Source of the DNA: Amoebidium appalachense | Lineage: Eukaryota; Protista; Ichthyosporea | Direction of reading: 5' to 3' | Length of the DNA: 64,000 nucleotides | Assembly (NCBI GenBank): GCA_963693365.1 | Contig: CAVNZM010000010.1 | Span: forward strand, 6,573,794-6,637,793 | Shown: positions 62,500 to 64,000 of the stretch, one piece after another | Numbering within the stretch: the first letter of the stretch is position 1 | Layout: each line of letters starts with the position of its first letter | Notes under the pieces: model-generated | The model's input: the letters and a program-made list of their open reading frames with translations, nothing else | Told to the model about the DNA's origin: nothing | Database searches by the model: none | Made by a program: the position numbers and the translations under genes

Positions 62500-63363
62500 A
62501 CACACGCGTGCACACACGCCCGCGCCCGCACGCGTGCACAGTCACTCGCATCATATCGTGCACACCTTATAAGGTTTGAATCCGAAAGCACAAAAACATG
62601 ATGTTCACGCATACATCATATATAGTTCCAGATATAACTGTATGGACACACATACACACACACACACACACACCACACAGTCACACACACACACACAGCC
62701 TGAAAACACACATATACCCGTGCACAGGAACAGTCACAGTGAGCACAACAGCCGCACTGCCCAAAATTATTTAGCAGAAGGGGTTTATCGGAACTGAATT
62801 AAGAATTTGATGAGTGGGGGGAAGCAAGGGAATTCATAGTGAATTCATAGTGTGTGGGAGTCGGGTCCACCGATCTCGTGGGCGGAAGGGGAGGAGGTGG
62901 GGGAGGGATGCCGACTGCAGGGAATGGGGTTTTATTAACTAAGCGGGAAAAAGGGGGGAGGGAGGGCGGGGGGGGGGGGGGGGGGTTGTGAGGGGGGGGG
63001 GAAGGGGGGGGGGGGGGGGGGTGAGGGGAAGTGGGGGGGGGGGGGGGGGGAAGAATCAGCCTCAAGCAGAAGCCTTAATTATTGTCTTGGGGGAGATTGG
63101 GCGAGGGGGGGCAGGGGGGGGAAGGGGGGGGGGGGGGGGGATGGATTGGGGCCCCCGGGGTTGGGGGTGGGGGTGCGGGTGGGTGGTTGGGTGGGGGGTG
63201 GGGTTGAGGGGTTGGGGGGTTGGGGGGGGGGGGGGGGGGGGGGGGGGGAGGGGATTAAATTAGGGAGAGGGGACTGGGCAAGTTTAAGGGGGAGACATTT
63301 TCTATGTGGGGGGGATGGCCACGGCGGGAGGGTTGTTAATGATCAAACGGTTTTTTTTTTTTT

Positions 63364-63407
<44 letters not shown>

Positions 63408-63541
63408 CCGGGAGGGTGTAAACAACTGTACACATGAACTGTACATGTTTACTAAAGAATGTGATCTACTAGCACACAATTCGTTCTTTGTCATGAATAT
63501 CACATAAATATTATGTCCACACCAATAGGAATCAATCTTAC

Positions 63542-63870
63542 CTAAGAAATGAACCATGTATGATTCTACCGCTGCATACCACATAAACGAAGTGAACCAA
63601 TAAGATGTTTGCATAAATAGGACGAAGGTCTGACTGGCTTGGACCGCACCAGAATCACGAATGGCATGTTGCCACCCGCGCTGGCCGCGGATGAAGCAAT
63701 CCTGGGCCTTGATCCGAAACCTGGGGGCTATATAACAAAGCCGTCCCAGTACGGGGATCACATCAGTGAAGTCTGAGACAGACTGAGTCGGCCCATAGTA
63801 AAAGCAACTTGGCCGCGTGTGCCTTTCTACCCGTTCTCTGTCTTTATTCTGATTCAGTTGTTCTCTGCCT
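63542..63870 (-). other. Possible exon of an unidentified minus-strand gene
   Basis: Non-repetitive open frame (YYGPTQSVSDFTDVIPVLGRLCY...YMVHFL) ending at G|GTAAG and followed on the minus strand by poly-C then poly-A as in other introns; no recognisable family. Confidence 0.25.
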
Positions 63871-63910
63871 TATCCCAACTAGTCCAACTGTTTACATTGG
63901 CGACCGCGCA

Positions 63911-63994
63911 GTTCAAGAATCTCGCATCCTTCGAATCTCACATCTTTCAATCAGTTCAAGAATCTCACATCTTTCAATCAGCTCAAGAATCTCC
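63911..63994. repeat. 27-bp tandem repeat (~3 copies, one partly deleted)
   Basis: Unit approximately AAGAATCTCACATCTTTCAATCAGTTC. Confidence 0.8.
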
Positions 63995-64000
63995 CATGGC

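Overview
Eukaryotic genomic DNA, extremely intron-rich; the organism cannot be determined from sequence (fungal-like CTRAC branch points and animal-like proteins suggest a unicellular opisthokont, inference only). Almost all supplied ORFs are artefacts of intronic poly-C/poly-G, (CA)n/(GT)n and (CT)n/(GA)n tracts. Manual splicing gives three phase-consistent + strand genes: a channel-type CLC chloride channel (2341-18112, 25 exons, ~721 aa), the eIF2-alpha kinase GCN2 (19460-49574, 48 exons, ~1684 aa) and a bacterial-like SLC13/DASS permease with a TrkA-C-like domain (54234-57886, only 5 exons, ~614 aa). Also present: a ~2 kb non-autonomous TIR element, a 176-bp element with perfect 32-bp inverted repeats, a perfect 35-bp intronic hairpin, a dispersed intronic repeat and tandem duplications at splice acceptors. 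The most unusual signal is a repeat-based intron grammar: poly-C abutting weak donors, C-before-G polarity within introns, and acceptors reached across long AG-free C/CA/A tracts. Exon calls and counts were made by eye, and homopolymer lengths may include assembly error.
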